In this document: one piece after another, positions 8,498 to 18,155 of the stretch
Position numbering within the stretch: position 1 is the first letter of the stretch
Layout: each line of letters starts with the position of its first letter
Assembly: GCA_963826305.1 (NCBI GenBank)
Contig: CAWGWZ010000002.1
Coordinates: 83,412 to 147,411, forward strand
DNA: 64,000 nt
Direction: 5' to 3'
From: an uncultured delta proteobacterium
GTDB taxonomy: Bacteria; Desulfobacterota; BSN033; UBA1163
Notes under the pieces: generated by a model
The model's database searches: none
What the model saw: only the letters and a program-made list of their open reading frames with translations
Told to the model about the DNA's origin: nothing
Translations under genes and position numbers: made by a program

Positions 8498-8502
8498 CCC
8501 TT

Positions 8503-9780
8503 CTACTCCCAGATCCTTCGATCATCGATCTTTTTTGCTCGATCCGGAATACCCCCCTTCTGAACAAACACTACCAGGCCCTTCACCTTAAGAAACTCCT
8601 GCACCTCTCCCTCCAGCCTTCGCTTCAACCCGATCTTGTCTGTTACTTCCTCTTTCAATTCAACATAAATCGTCATCTCGTCACGATATTCTTTCCTGGT
8701 CACCACCACCTCATAATTCGCCACCACAGGGAATTTTGCCATCACTTCATCGACCTGCCAGGGATGGATGAAGATTCCCAAAACCTTTGTCACCTGATCT
8801 GTTCGGCCCAGAATCTTTCCAAGACGCATCGAAGTCCGACCGCAGGGACATGGACTGTCGATCAGATAGGAGAGGTCTCCGGTGGCAAAGCGAATCATCG
8901 GAAAAACTTTATTGAAGGTGGTGGCCACGATTTCTCCCGTCGCACCGATCTCTAATTGCTTTCCTGTTTCCGTGTCAACGATCTCAACCATCACGTCCTC
9001 GGGGATGTGCATCCCGCTCTTCTCCAAACATTCGTATCCAAGACAACCTACATCCACAGTGCCATAAGCCTGCCGGAGGAAGATATCGAGTCTCCCTTCC
9101 AACTTCTGCCGGAGCGATTCTGGTAACATTTCTGCACCGACAAACGCGGCCTTGAGAGAAAGATCTTTTTTAATGTCAAGGGACATCCCCTCTGCTGTCT
9201 CGGTCAGGGACATGAGGAAGCTGGGGGTTCCCAGGAATCCCGTCACATGGAGTTGTCGCATCAGCTGGATCTGCATGGAAAGATTTCCTGGACCGACGGG
9301 GACGACCGTTGCCCCCACCATCTGGAGTGACTCATCGAGCATGAAGGCCAAGGGTGTGAGGTGATAGTTAAAAGTATTCAAAACGATATCCCCTTTTCGC
9401 ATCCCGCAGGCAAAGAGAGCTTGAGCCCAACGAATATCCTTAGAAGCCCACTCCCCCGGTTCAAAGACCGGTCCGGGTGAAATATAAATCCTCCTCATCC
9501 CTTTCCTGGGGGGGACCTCAAATCCTCCAAATGGAGGGATGTCCTTTTGAGAGGCAACCAAATCTGCCTTCTTCGTGATGGGCAGTGTCTCCAAATCCCT
9601 CAGATCCTTTACGGCTCCCGGCTTTACGCCCGTTGCATCAAATCTCGACCGAATCGCCTTTGAATGACGATATCCGTAACGAAGAATTTCAGAGAGCCTT
9701 ATCTTCAAATAGGCCTCTCGTTCGTCCTTTGACATTGTCTCTTTTTCCCTATCAAAATAACCATGCGCTCGATCGATCAT
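8503..9780 (-). CDS. Phenylacetate-CoA ligase (PaaK/F390 synthetase) family protein, divergent, lacking the SSGTTGK loop
   Basis: Family motifs PCPCGRT, GRTDQV and PSFL are present. RIYISPGPVFEPGE occupies the position of the usual ..SSGTTGKP.. loop. Confidence 0.75.
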   Translation of the reverse strand: MIDRAHGYFDREKETMSKDEREAYLKIRLSEILRYGYRHSKAIRSRFDATGVKPGAVKDLRDLETLPITKKADLVASQKDIPPFGGFEVPPRKGMRRIYISPGPVFEPGEWASKDIRWAQALFACGMRKGDIVLNTFNYHLTPLAFMLDESLQMVGATVVPVGPGNLSMQIQLMRQLHVTGFLGTPSFLMSLTETAEGMSLDIKKDLSLKAAFVGAEMLPESLRQKLEGRLDIFLRQAYGTVDVGCLGYECLEKSGMHIPEDVMVEIVDTETGKQLEIGATGEIVATTFNKVFPMIRFATGDLSYLIDSPCPCGRTSMRLGKILGRTDQVTKVLGIFIHPWQVDEVMAKFPVVANYEVVVTRKEYRDEMTIYVELKEEVTDKIGLKRRLEGEVQEFLKVKGLVVFVQKGGIPDRAKKIDDRRIWE

Positions 9781-9929
9781 CTTCCTCTCCTCAAGTTTAC
9801 TTCAAGGAATATTGGAATGTTGGATGATTGGAATAATGTTGAAAAACAAATAGGGCTTGAAACAAATTGGTAATGAAGCCCAATATTCCAGCATTCCATT
9901 ATTCCGATTGAAAAACAAGATCTTGCCCA

Positions 9930-12353
9930 TTATAGGACAAAGACAGGATCGACATCAATATCCAGATTCACACCTTTTCCCTTTGCCTCTTCCTCCAATC
10001 GAATGGCCAACTCCTGTGCAAATTGGTGAAGCAACTGAACGCTCTTTCCCTTTGCCAACATCTGCCAACGAAATTTTCCCCTCATTTTGGCAAACGGAGC
10101 AGTGCTCGGCCCCAGGATCTCTATCCCTTTCTGATACCCTTTTATCAACAGGGATTGTCCAATCCTCCCCATCTCTTCTGCAACGGCCTTCGTCCTTCTT
10201 TCACTGTTCCCAACCAGTCTGAAATTGATCAGCCGGGAGAACGGAGGATATTCCAGGGCTTTTCTAAATTCGACCTCCTCCTGATAGAACCCGATGAAGT
10301 CGTGATCCTTTGCCTTCAGAATGCTATAATGGTCCGGATTAAAGGTCTGTATGACCACTTCTCCAAAGACTTCCCCTCTTCCTGCCCTCCCTGCCACCTG
10401 GGTGAGAAGCTGAAAAGTCCTCTCACTCGAGCGAAAGTCAGGAAAGTGAAGTGACGTATCCGCTGAGACCACGCCCACGAAGGTCACATTTGGAAAGTCA
10501 TGTCCTTTCACGATCATCTGCGTCCCAACTAAGATGTCGATCTTCCCGTTTTCCAGCCTTTTCAGAATCTGCTGATGGGAGCGCCTCCGTGTGGTCGTAT
10601 CCCGATCCATCCTGCCCACCTGCGCCCCCGGGAATAAGGTCCCGATTTCCTGTTCTAACCGTTCGGTTCCGATCCCCATCCCCCGTAGGCGATGTCCCTC
10701 ACATTGCGGGCAGTCTCCAGGTGCCGGGATTCGATAATCACAATAATGGCATTGCAAAGAGCGATCCCGGAGATGATAGGTGAGGGTGACGCTGCAGTTT
10801 GGACATTTGAAGGTAAGGCCGCAATCCGGACAGAGGATAAAATGAGCAAACCCTCTTCGATTCAGAAAGAGAAGGCTCTGTTTTTTCTCTTCGATATTTT
10901 TTTGGAGTGCCGCCCTCACCTTTTCCGACAGGAGACCCCCTTCCCTCTTCATGTCGACGACCTCCACCCGAGGCAAAGGTTTCCCCTCGATCCTCTCCGG
11001 AAGACTCAGGAGATGAAACTTTCCCTTTTCGGCATTATAAAACGATTCCAGGGAGGGGGTGGCCGATCCCAAAAGGAGCGTGGCCCCATCCTGCTTTGCC
11101 CGGACCACAGCCAGATCCCGAGCATGATATCTTAATTTTTCTTCCTGTTTATACGAGGGATCATGCTCCTCATCAACAATGATGATCCCCACATTTTTAA
11201 AAGGGGCAAAGATCGCGGACCGGGCCCCCACGGCAATCTTCACGTCTCCTTTCCAGATCTTTCTCCATTGGTCATAACGTTCTCCCCTCCCGAGCCCGCT
11301 GTGAAGCAGGGCGAGGTTCTCTCCAAAGCGACCCTTAAATCGTGAGAGGAGTTGCGGGGTCAGGGATATCTCCGGAACGAGGACGATCGCTTCCTTCCCC
11401 TGAGTCAGAACCGCCTCAATGGCCCGAAGGTAGATCTCCGTCTTTCCACTTGCCGTGACACCGTGGATGAGAAAGGGAGAAAACTGCTTGGAATGAATCC
11501 CTTTCAAAATCTCGATGAGAATCTTTTCTTGGTCAGAACTGAGTTCCGGTTTTGGGTAGGCCTTCAATTCGGGTCGCGCCGAGAGGTCTCGGCATACCTC
11601 CCTATCGGAGATAGAAATGAGCCCTTTCTCTTCAAGCGATCGGATCGCCTTCGAAGGAGATTTGAATGTCTTGCCCAATTCAGAATAGGAGACTTCTCCT
11701 TTTTCCTCCATCCACTTTAGGATTTCTTCCTGCTTCCTTGAAATGGGTCGGACAGGCTCACCTCCTCGATAACGAACCACCCTCTCAAATTTCGGTTTGA
11801 TTTCTTTCCCTTCTACAACTCCATCAATATTCAGAAACCCCTTTCTCTTCCAAGAAAAAAGTTGGGATTTCGTCACCTCTCCAGGAAAAATCTTTAACAT
11901 CCTCTTCAGAGAAACCTTTCCACACCGTTCGATCTCTCTAAAGATCTTTTGCTGAATCGGATCCGAACCTCCTTGCGCAAGATCTTCCATCCCCTCTTGA
12001 GTGAGGCTCAGGATCATCTCACTCTTCAGGTGAAGCCCTGGTGGAAGCCCGGTCTTGATCACTTCCCCCAATGGATAGAGGTAGTAATCTGCAGTCCAGC
12101 GGTAAAAACGGAGCATCTGGGGGTCAATCAGGGGGACCTCATCGAGGAGATTCTCAACCTCCCGTAACTTCTCTTCTATCTCTTTTGGAAGAGAATCGAG
12201 AAGTTCGATCGTAAAGCCAGTGACCTTCCTGCCTTTAAAAGGAACAAGTACCCTCATTCCCACCTGAAGAGACCCTCTCATCTTCTCGGGAATGCGGTAA
12301 TGAAACCTTTTGGAGACAGGAAGGGCGACCGCCACCTCAACAATCTCTTTCAT
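9930..12353 (-). CDS. priA: Primosomal protein N' (replication restart helicase PriA)
   Basis: GVTASGKTE Walker A, VDEEHD, and the Cys4-Cys4 zinc region (CPDCG..CPNC..CHYC..CPQC). The start is taken at MKEIVEVAV (12353). The track extension to 12464 reads through a repeat. Confidence 0.93.
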   Translation of the reverse strand: MKEIVEVAVALPVSKRFHYRIPEKMRGSLQVGMRVLVPFKGRKVTGFTIELLDSLPKEIEEKLREVENLLDEVPLIDPQMLRFYRWTADYYLYPLGEVIKTGLPPGLHLKSEMILSLTQEGMEDLAQGGSDPIQQKIFREIERCGKVSLKRMLKIFPGEVTKSQLFSWKRKGFLNIDGVVEGKEIKPKFERVVRYRGGEPVRPISRKQEEILKWMEEKGEVSYSELGKTFKSPSKAIRSLEEKGLISISDREVCRDLSARPELKAYPKPELSSDQEKILIEILKGIHSKQFSPFLIHGVTASGKTEIYLRAIEAVLTQGKEAIVLVPEISLTPQLLSRFKGRFGENLALLHSGLGRGERYDQWRKIWKGDVKIAVGARSAIFAPFKNVGIIIVDEEHDPSYKQEEKLRYHARDLAVVRAKQDGATLLLGSATPSLESFYNAEKGKFHLLSLPERIEGKPLPRVEVVDMKREGGLLSEKVRAALQKNIEEKKQSLLFLNRRGFAHFILCPDCGLTFKCPNCSVTLTYHLRDRSLQCHYCDYRIPAPGDCPQCEGHRLRGMGIGTERLEQEIGTLFPGAQVGRMDRDTTTRRRSHQQILKRLENGKIDILVGTQMIVKGHDFPNVTFVGVVSADTSLHFPDFRSSERTFQLLTQVAGRAGRGEVFGEVVIQTFNPDHYSILKAKDHDFIGFYQEEVEFRKALEYPPFSRLINFRLVGNSERRTKAVAEEMGRIGQSLLIKGYQKGIEILGPSTAPFAKMRGKFRWQMLAKGKSVQLLHQFAQELAIRLEEEAKGKGVNLDIDVDPVFVL

Positions 12354-12643
12354 CGTCCCCAAATTATCCCCTTTGCCCCAGTTTGTCAAATCCCCTTGCC
12401 TTGATTGTATTGTCACTACGAATCCTTTGCCATTTGTCATTCTGAGCGAAACGAGGAATCTCACTCCTTTACCCAGGGTAAACTCCGTGAAGCAATCTCA
12501 ATTTTGTTGTGACGTCTCCATTTCATGGGGGCCGCCAACCCTCCTCAAGTATTCCCTTTACAGCCTCTCCGTATAAAACTATAATAGTTCAAACCTCACA
12601 GCAAATTACGCTCGTGGTCGTCATCCTATTCCGAGTTGAATGA

Positions 12644-13159
12644 ATGGAACTTTTTAAAACACTATTTTCATCTTTAAACGAGGGATCAATAAAATATATG
12701 GTGGCGGGCGGCATCGCTGTAAATCTTTATGGGATTGAGAGAGCAACGGCTGACGTAGACATTGTTTTGAAGCTTGAAAAAGGGAACCTGCTAAAATTTA
12801 TAAAGGTTGCTAAAAGACTCGGTTTGAAGCCGAAGATTCCTGTCAAACTTGATGATTTCATTGATCCGGAGAAAAGAAAAAGCTGGAGGATGGATAAAGG
12901 CATGCTGGTCTTTAGCCTTTATGACCCTAAGAACCCCTTTTTTCTCATTGATATTTTTACCGAGATTCCTTTTGATTTTGATGCAGTATACAATCAGAGA
13001 AAAAAAATGAAGTTTGAAAATATCTTCATACCGGTTGTTCCAATAAAAGAACTCATAGCGATGAAAGAAAAATCAGGTAGGCCACAAGATCGGGCCGATA
13101 TTTTCCACCTCAAGAAGATCATGCACGACTGGAAGGATGAAAAAGAGAGGTCTGAGTAA
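12644..13159 (+). CDS. Minimal nucleotidyltransferase-fold protein (DUF2204/DUF6036-like)
   Basis: The GG-x9-13-DxD pattern VAGGIAVNLYGIERATADVDIV, plus a C-terminal GRPQDRADI motif. Confidence 0.6.
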   Translation: MELFKTLFSSLNEGSIKYMVAGGIAVNLYGIERATADVDIVLKLEKGNLLKFIKVAKRLGLKPKIPVKLDDFIDPEKRKSWRMDKGMLVFSLYDPKNPFFLIDIFTEIPFDFDAVYNQRKKMKFENIFIPVVPIKELIAMKEKSGRPQDRADIFHLKKIMHDWKDEKERSE

Positions 13160-13400
13160 ACAAGAGGAGTTGCCTCTCTTGTATTACAAGACAAGACAAG
13201 AGATCGAAGCCTATCGTAAGAAGCCAATAGAACTAAAGCTTCAGTGGCTTGAGGCTCAAATGGAATTCTTTCATAAGGCGATGCCCCTAAAGGCAAAGAG
13301 GATCAGAGAGAGATTACAGAAACCTGGTTTGAGATTATCGATCAGAGGATCTTCTCTTAGCAGGGAAATACTTAAAGAAAGGAAGCAGTCCAGAAGATGA
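13137..13400 (+). CDS. Hypothetical small protein overlapping the NTase gene end (possible cognate partner)
   Basis: 23-nt overlap with 12644-13159; 87 aa, helical and charged. Confidence 0.4.
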   Translation: MKKRGLSKQEELPLLYYKTRQEIEAYRKKPIELKLQWLEAQMEFFHKAMPLKAKRIRERLQKPGLRLSIRGSSLSREILKERKQSRR

Positions 13401-13477
13401 AAATCTCTTTTTGACTCTTGAGCCATCGTAAGAAGTGCTGAAGGTTTAATTTAACGCTCGTTCGTCCAATCAATAGA

Positions 13478-16333
13478 TTGGAAACCATGAAAGAAGCTCT
13501 TAAGCAAATTTCCAACCTCGTTGAACGCTTCGAGCGTAATATCGAGGCCTACCATAGTCCTGTTTACAACGAAACCCAACTGCGAAGAGAATTCATCGAT
13601 CCCTTCTTTGAGGCCCTTGGTTGGGACGTGACCAATAAGGCAGGATATGCGGAGCAATATAAAGACGTCATCCACGAGGATGCTATTAAGATTGCCGGTG
13701 CTACGAAAGCACCTGATTACTGCTTTCGCATCGGAGGTGTCAGGAAGTTCTTCCTCGAAACCAAAAAGCCCTCCATCGATATCAAAAGCCAAGTCACTCC
13801 GGCCTATCAGCTAAGACGGTATGCCTGGAGCGCAAAACTTCCCATTTCTATTCTGACTGATTTTCAAGAGATGGCTATCTATGACTGCCGTCTTCGACCG
13901 AAGCCGAGCGATAAACCAAGTATTGGACGAGTCCGGCTTTACACATATACTCAATACGTCGATTCCTTTGAAGAGATCTATAACCTCCTCTCAAAAGATG
14001 CCGTCCTTAAGGGTTCTTTTGACAAATTTGCAGAATCCGAGAGGCAGAAGCGGGGAACCACAGAGGTAGATGCTGAGTTCTTAAAAGAGATTGAGTCCTG
14101 GCGTGAAGTATTGGCCAAGGACATCGCCATAAAAAACCCGAAACTGTCTATCCGGGAACTTAACTTTGCCGTTCAACTCACCATTGACCGGATCATCTTT
14201 CTACGGATGTGCGAGGATCGAGGGATTGAGCATTATGGTCAGATCCAGAATCTTCTCAATGGCACTAACACATACCGCCGTCTTCGAGAAATCTTCTACC
14301 ATGCTGATGATAAGTATAACTCCGGCCTTTTCGACTTCAGAACAGATCGATTAACTCCTGAACTCAAAATAGAAGACAAACCTTTGAAAGACATCTTTAA
14401 GAATCTCTACTATCCGGAATCTCCTTATGAATTCTCAGTCCTCGGCGCAGACATCTTAGGCCATGTTTATGAACAGTTTCTCGGGAAGGTGATCCGGCTC
14501 ACCGAAGGCCATCGGGCAAAGGTGGAAGAAAAACCCGAGGTGAGAAAGGCCGGTGGCGTCTATTACACTCCAACCTATATCGTTGAATACATCGTGAAGA
14601 ATACAGTAGGGAAACTTTGTGAAGGCAAAACTCCCAGACAGATCAGTTCCCTTCGAATCCTCGATCCAGCCTGCGGTTCAGGTTCCTTTCTCCTTGGAGC
14701 TTACCAATATCTCTTGGACTATCACTTGAATTGGTATCTCACCCGTCACTCAAAAAAGGGAAATGTAGCGCAGGGCTTTAGCCCTGCACCAAAAGAGATT
14801 TATCAGGGACGTGGCGGCCAATGGTATTTGACCATTCAAGAGAAAAAGAGGATTCTTTTGAATAATATCTATGGTGTAGATATTGATCCACAGGCAGTTG
14901 AAGTGACCAAACTGAGTTTGCTTCTCAAGGTTCTCGAAGGTGAAAATCAGGATACTTTGGAACGACAGATGAGGTTATTCAGAGAGCGGGCTTTACCTGA
15001 CCTGGGAAGCAACATCAAATGCGGGAACTCCCTAATCGGTCCCGATTTTTATCAGGGCAAACAAATGAACTTCCTCGACAACGAGGAGATTTATCGAATC
15101 AACGCCTTTGACTGGGAAAAAGAATTTTCAGACATCATGAAACAAGGTGGATTTGATGCCGTGATCGGAAATCCACCGTATGGCGCCTGGTTTCAAGCTG
15201 CTGAAGCTACTTATTTCAGTCAACAATACAAGGTTTTTGGCGGCGTTAAGGACGTATATACTTGTTTCATCGAGAGGGGTCTTGGCCTTTTGAGCAAAGG
15301 GGGAAGACTTTCCTATATTGTTCCATCAGCTTGGATTGGCGGACCAGATTACGCCAGATTACGTTCGGTTCTTTTGCACTATCGGATTGAACGTCTGATC
15401 TTGTTGCCGTTTGATGTTTTTCCAAAAGCCTACGTCGACACAACTATTGTTGTTATATCAAATGAAACCCCAGGTACAAGTCATCTTATTCAGACGCACG
15501 TTTTCGGGAAGCGCGAGAAGTTAACTCGTATCGAGCTAGAGCAAGCCGAATACAAGCGAGTAAAGCAAAGGGATTGGCAAGCAACCGAAGACCACAAGTT
15601 TGTCCTTGACCCTGAGACGGTTTATCTGCTTCGTCGATTGAGAGTTAATTGCCCGCATACCCTAAGTGATGTGGTTCACATGAAGCGGGGAGTTCTGTTC
15701 GATAAGTCGCTGCTAACAAGTAAACCCATTTCTGATCAGAGTCATCGATATTTTGAGGGCAATGTGTACCGGTACAAAATCAATGTAATAGCAAATCAGT
15801 GGATAGAGTTTGGCGATAAGATGAGGGAAAGGCCCAAAGAGTTTTTCTGGTTCGAAGGAAGGAGATTATTACTTCGGCGACTTGTCAACCGCCGCCAACA
15901 ATTGATGGCGGCATTAACCGAAGTAACATTTATTACAAACAAAAACCTGTATACCGTTCGAGTACGTGACAATAACATCGATATTCGAGTATTACTTGGT
16001 GTGCTCAATAGTAAGTTGATTTCTTTTCTTTACATTAAACAGGTAACACAGGCTGTTAAAGACGATTTTCCTCAAGTCACAATTAAAGATATTCTTTCGT
16101 TGCCTTTCCCCTCAGCCACAATCATTGCCGAACATGCCCCCAGGATGGTTGAACTGGTCGAACAGATGCTATCGCTTCACAAACAGTTGGTGGCGGCAAA
16201 AACTCCAGACAACAAGACCCGATTGCAACGTCAGATTGACGCCATCGACCACCAAATCGATTACCTCGTGTACGAGTTGTATGAGTTGACGAAGGAAGAG
16301 ATCAGGATTGTTGAGGATGAGAAAGGAAAGTAA
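13478..16333 (+). CDS. Type IIG restriction-modification enzyme (fused PD-ExK nuclease, gamma-class N6-adenine methyltransferase and TaqI-like specificity domain)
   Basis: The N-terminus YNETQLRREFIDPFFEALGWDV with APDY...FFLETKKP forms an HSDR_N-type D..ExK motif. DPACGSGSFL is motif I and GNPPYG is motif IV. The C-terminal LGVLNSKLISFLY is TRD-like. Confidence 0.85.
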   Translation: METMKEALKQISNLVERFERNIEAYHSPVYNETQLRREFIDPFFEALGWDVTNKAGYAEQYKDVIHEDAIKIAGATKAPDYCFRIGGVRKFFLETKKPSIDIKSQVTPAYQLRRYAWSAKLPISILTDFQEMAIYDCRLRPKPSDKPSIGRVRLYTYTQYVDSFEEIYNLLSKDAVLKGSFDKFAESERQKRGTTEVDAEFLKEIESWREVLAKDIAIKNPKLSIRELNFAVQLTIDRIIFLRMCEDRGIEHYGQIQNLLNGTNTYRRLREIFYHADDKYNSGLFDFRTDRLTPELKIEDKPLKDIFKNLYYPESPYEFSVLGADILGHVYEQFLGKVIRLTEGHRAKVEEKPEVRKAGGVYYTPTYIVEYIVKNTVGKLCEGKTPRQISSLRILDPACGSGSFLLGAYQYLLDYHLNWYLTRHSKKGNVAQGFSPAPKEIYQGRGGQWYLTIQEKKRILLNNIYGVDIDPQAVEVTKLSLLLKVLEGENQDTLERQMRLFRERALPDLGSNIKCGNSLIGPDFYQGKQMNFLDNEEIYRINAFDWEKEFSDIMKQGGFDAVIGNPPYGAWFQAAEATYFSQQYKVFGGVKDVYTCFIERGLGLLSKGGRLSYIVPSAWIGGPDYARLRSVLLHYRIERLILLPFDVFPKAYVDTTIVVISNETPGTSHLIQTHVFGKREKLTRIELEQAEYKRVKQRDWQATEDHKFVLDPETVYLLRRLRVNCPHTLSDVVHMKRGVLFDKSLLTSKPISDQSHRYFEGNVYRYKINVIANQWIEFGDKMRERPKEFFWFEGRRLLLRRLVNRRQQLMAALTEVTFITNKNLYTVRVRDNNIDIRVLLGVLNSKLISFLYIKQVTQAVKDDFPQVTIKDILSLPFPSATIIAEHAPRMVELVEQMLSLHKQLVAAKTPDNKTRLQRQIDAIDHQIDYLVYELYELTKEEIRIVEDEKGK

Positions 16334-16489
16334 CTGAGGAAATATCATATTGAGAGCCCAAGTAAGCGAAATAACACAAATGAATAGCAATTGTACCCCA
16401 CTAAAATCTTTTGAATTTCTGATATTTTGTTTGCCAAAATCCACTCATGGGCATAGGATTAGGAGGAATTATGAGTTGAAGTTTAATTA

Positions 16490-18010
16490 TTGTTCGGCGG
16501 ACAAACTCATAGGCTGACCACAATGCATATAGATGTTGAAAAATACAGTTTCGCTGTCTTTCCATTTTTGAAAACCAGCGATGCGGTTTCGATCGGCGAT
16601 ATTACCTTTCGCTCTACCGAGGATACCGAACACCTAGCAGCAGGGCAGGCGGTGTACGTAAAAGAAATCGCAGGCATGCTTTTCCTGCAAGATAACCTTC
16701 GCTTGCGTTCCGCCACCTACGCCATCATTCCTTACGTGGACCTCAATGATCCAGGGGTAGATCTGCAGCTTCTCGCCAACATCCAAGCCGTCGTAGCATA
16801 CCTCTATGCTTCACCCCACGACATATTTGGCGATCTTTTCCTTTCATCCGAACACGCCACTATGGCAATTTTGAGTCCAAGCCACGTACCGATCGATGTT
16901 GTCCGGCCAGATTTTCACGTCGAAGCAACGGAACCTCCCGCAGACCTCACGCCTGACTCCCGCGGTGAAGTTAAGGGATACGCAGGCCTGTATAATTTTC
17001 GTCACTACTTTTGGGCGGCTAAAGGGTCACGTCTGTACGGCCCAAAGCCTCATATGACTTTGAACATATCGCAAGACTTAAGCGCTGACCTGACACGCGC
17101 GGCAGATGCGAGGGCCGACTATCGCTTACTGCCTAAACTACTGCGGAAGCCTAAAACCACTGTGTCATCCCGGATCTTTACAGCGATCCGCTGGTTCAAT
17201 GCTGCAAATGACAAGTCGAATGACGACTCAACCGCCATCATCAATCTGGCGATTGCTTTTGAATCTCTTCTGAGTTTACCCGCTGACGAAAAGACTGACA
17301 GATTGATTGACACGATTGCGCTGCTGCTTGGGAGAATTTCGAGATTAGATATTTGGGCTCGACAGTTTTATGACACTCGCTCCAGAATCGTTCACGAAGG
17401 ACGTGCAGAGCAGTTGCACTTCGTCGCGACTGACCTGCGGAAAATCTCGGATGGACCGCTGTATCGCTCGCTTCTCTCGTACGGAAGGCAAATATTTCAG
17501 CTCTGTCTTGGGGCACTGCTGGTAGGGGCGGATCTCGCAGAACAGGCTGGTCTTGAGGAGAAACTTGTCACAAACCAAGAGCGGTTTGTTCAAGTATGCA
17601 AAATTCTCTCCGATGAAACGATAGGCGCGTGTGAACGACTGAAGCATGTAGCCCCAGCAGTAGCTGCTGTAGAGCGATATCGTTTCGTTTCCGAGAGCGG
17701 CATCAGGCTCGACGCTATGATAGGCAGTGTTCGTCTTGCTGCCAAAGCGCTACTTGCCTGTGAGAGCGGCTTGGCGCAGGAACTGAAAGAACGTCTCGAG
17801 TGCTTCGTGGCTTCGAAACAAACAAATGATCACCTTAATCAACTCGAGGCACTATGCGCTCTCGATCACAGCTTTCCAGACGAGCCTTCTACGCCGGGGA
17901 TGTCTCACATTCAAACAGTGCGAAAGCTTGTAAAGGTGGTCTGGGGGTATGTCTTTATGCATTACTACTGGTTGAAGGAGCGCCAGCCAGCCGAACATGG
18001 CAAAGCGTAA
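16490..18010 (+). CDS. Hypothetical 506-aa protein with central HEPN-like domain (RSRIVHEG, Rx4H)
   Basis: IINLAIAFESLLS....LIDTIALLLG....FYDTRSRIVHEG resembles the four-helix HEPN pattern. The Rx4H codons lie at 17377-17394. The start is uncertain (TTG at 16490 or ATG at 16523). Confidence 0.6.
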   Translation: MFGGQTHRLTTMHIDVEKYSFAVFPFLKTSDAVSIGDITFRSTEDTEHLAAGQAVYVKEIAGMLFLQDNLRLRSATYAIIPYVDLNDPGVDLQLLANIQAVVAYLYASPHDIFGDLFLSSEHATMAILSPSHVPIDVVRPDFHVEATEPPADLTPDSRGEVKGYAGLYNFRHYFWAAKGSRLYGPKPHMTLNISQDLSADLTRAADARADYRLLPKLLRKPKTTVSSRIFTAIRWFNAANDKSNDDSTAIINLAIAFESLLSLPADEKTDRLIDTIALLLGRISRLDIWARQFYDTRSRIVHEGRAEQLHFVATDLRKISDGPLYRSLLSYGRQIFQLCLGALLVGADLAEQAGLEEKLVTNQERFVQVCKILSDETIGACERLKHVAPAVAAVERYRFVSESGIRLDAMIGSVRLAAKALLACESGLAQELKERLECFVASKQTNDHLNQLEALCALDHSFPDEPSTPGMSHIQTVRKLVKVVWGYVFMHYYWLKERQPAEHGKA

Positions 18011-18110
18011 GTCACTTTCGACACCGCGCCGCTTAGACCGTAAAGCCGCTGTTCGAACGTTCAGATAAATGGGACATCCTATATTGTTCCTGTCAAGAGG
18101 GAAAACGAAG

Positions 18111-18135
18111 AAAAGGGGGCGGTTCCCTTTCTTTT
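18111..18135 (+). repeat. Island junction motif, copy 1 (aaaagggggcggttccctttctttt)
   Basis: Matches consensus WAAAGGGGRCGGYTCTATTTYT; intergenic. Confidence 0.7.
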
Positions 18136-18155
18136 AACTTCCTGGATTTTTATCG

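Noticed and set aside
12354-12464. N-terminal extension of PriA (also 37465-37545 for GntR, 426-530 for the basic peptide, 32117-32155 for LivM)
   Set aside because: The extensions translate intergenic repeat elements (for example the GTCATTCTGAGCGAAACGAGGAATCTC half-element). Family-typical N-termini begin at the internal Met.
16471-16479. Mini-ORF ATG-AGT-TGA preceded by a perfect AGGAGG
   Set aside because: A two-codon ORF cannot be called coding. It may be a chance RBS-like sequence or a leader element upstream of the HEPN-like gene, and there is no further evidence.
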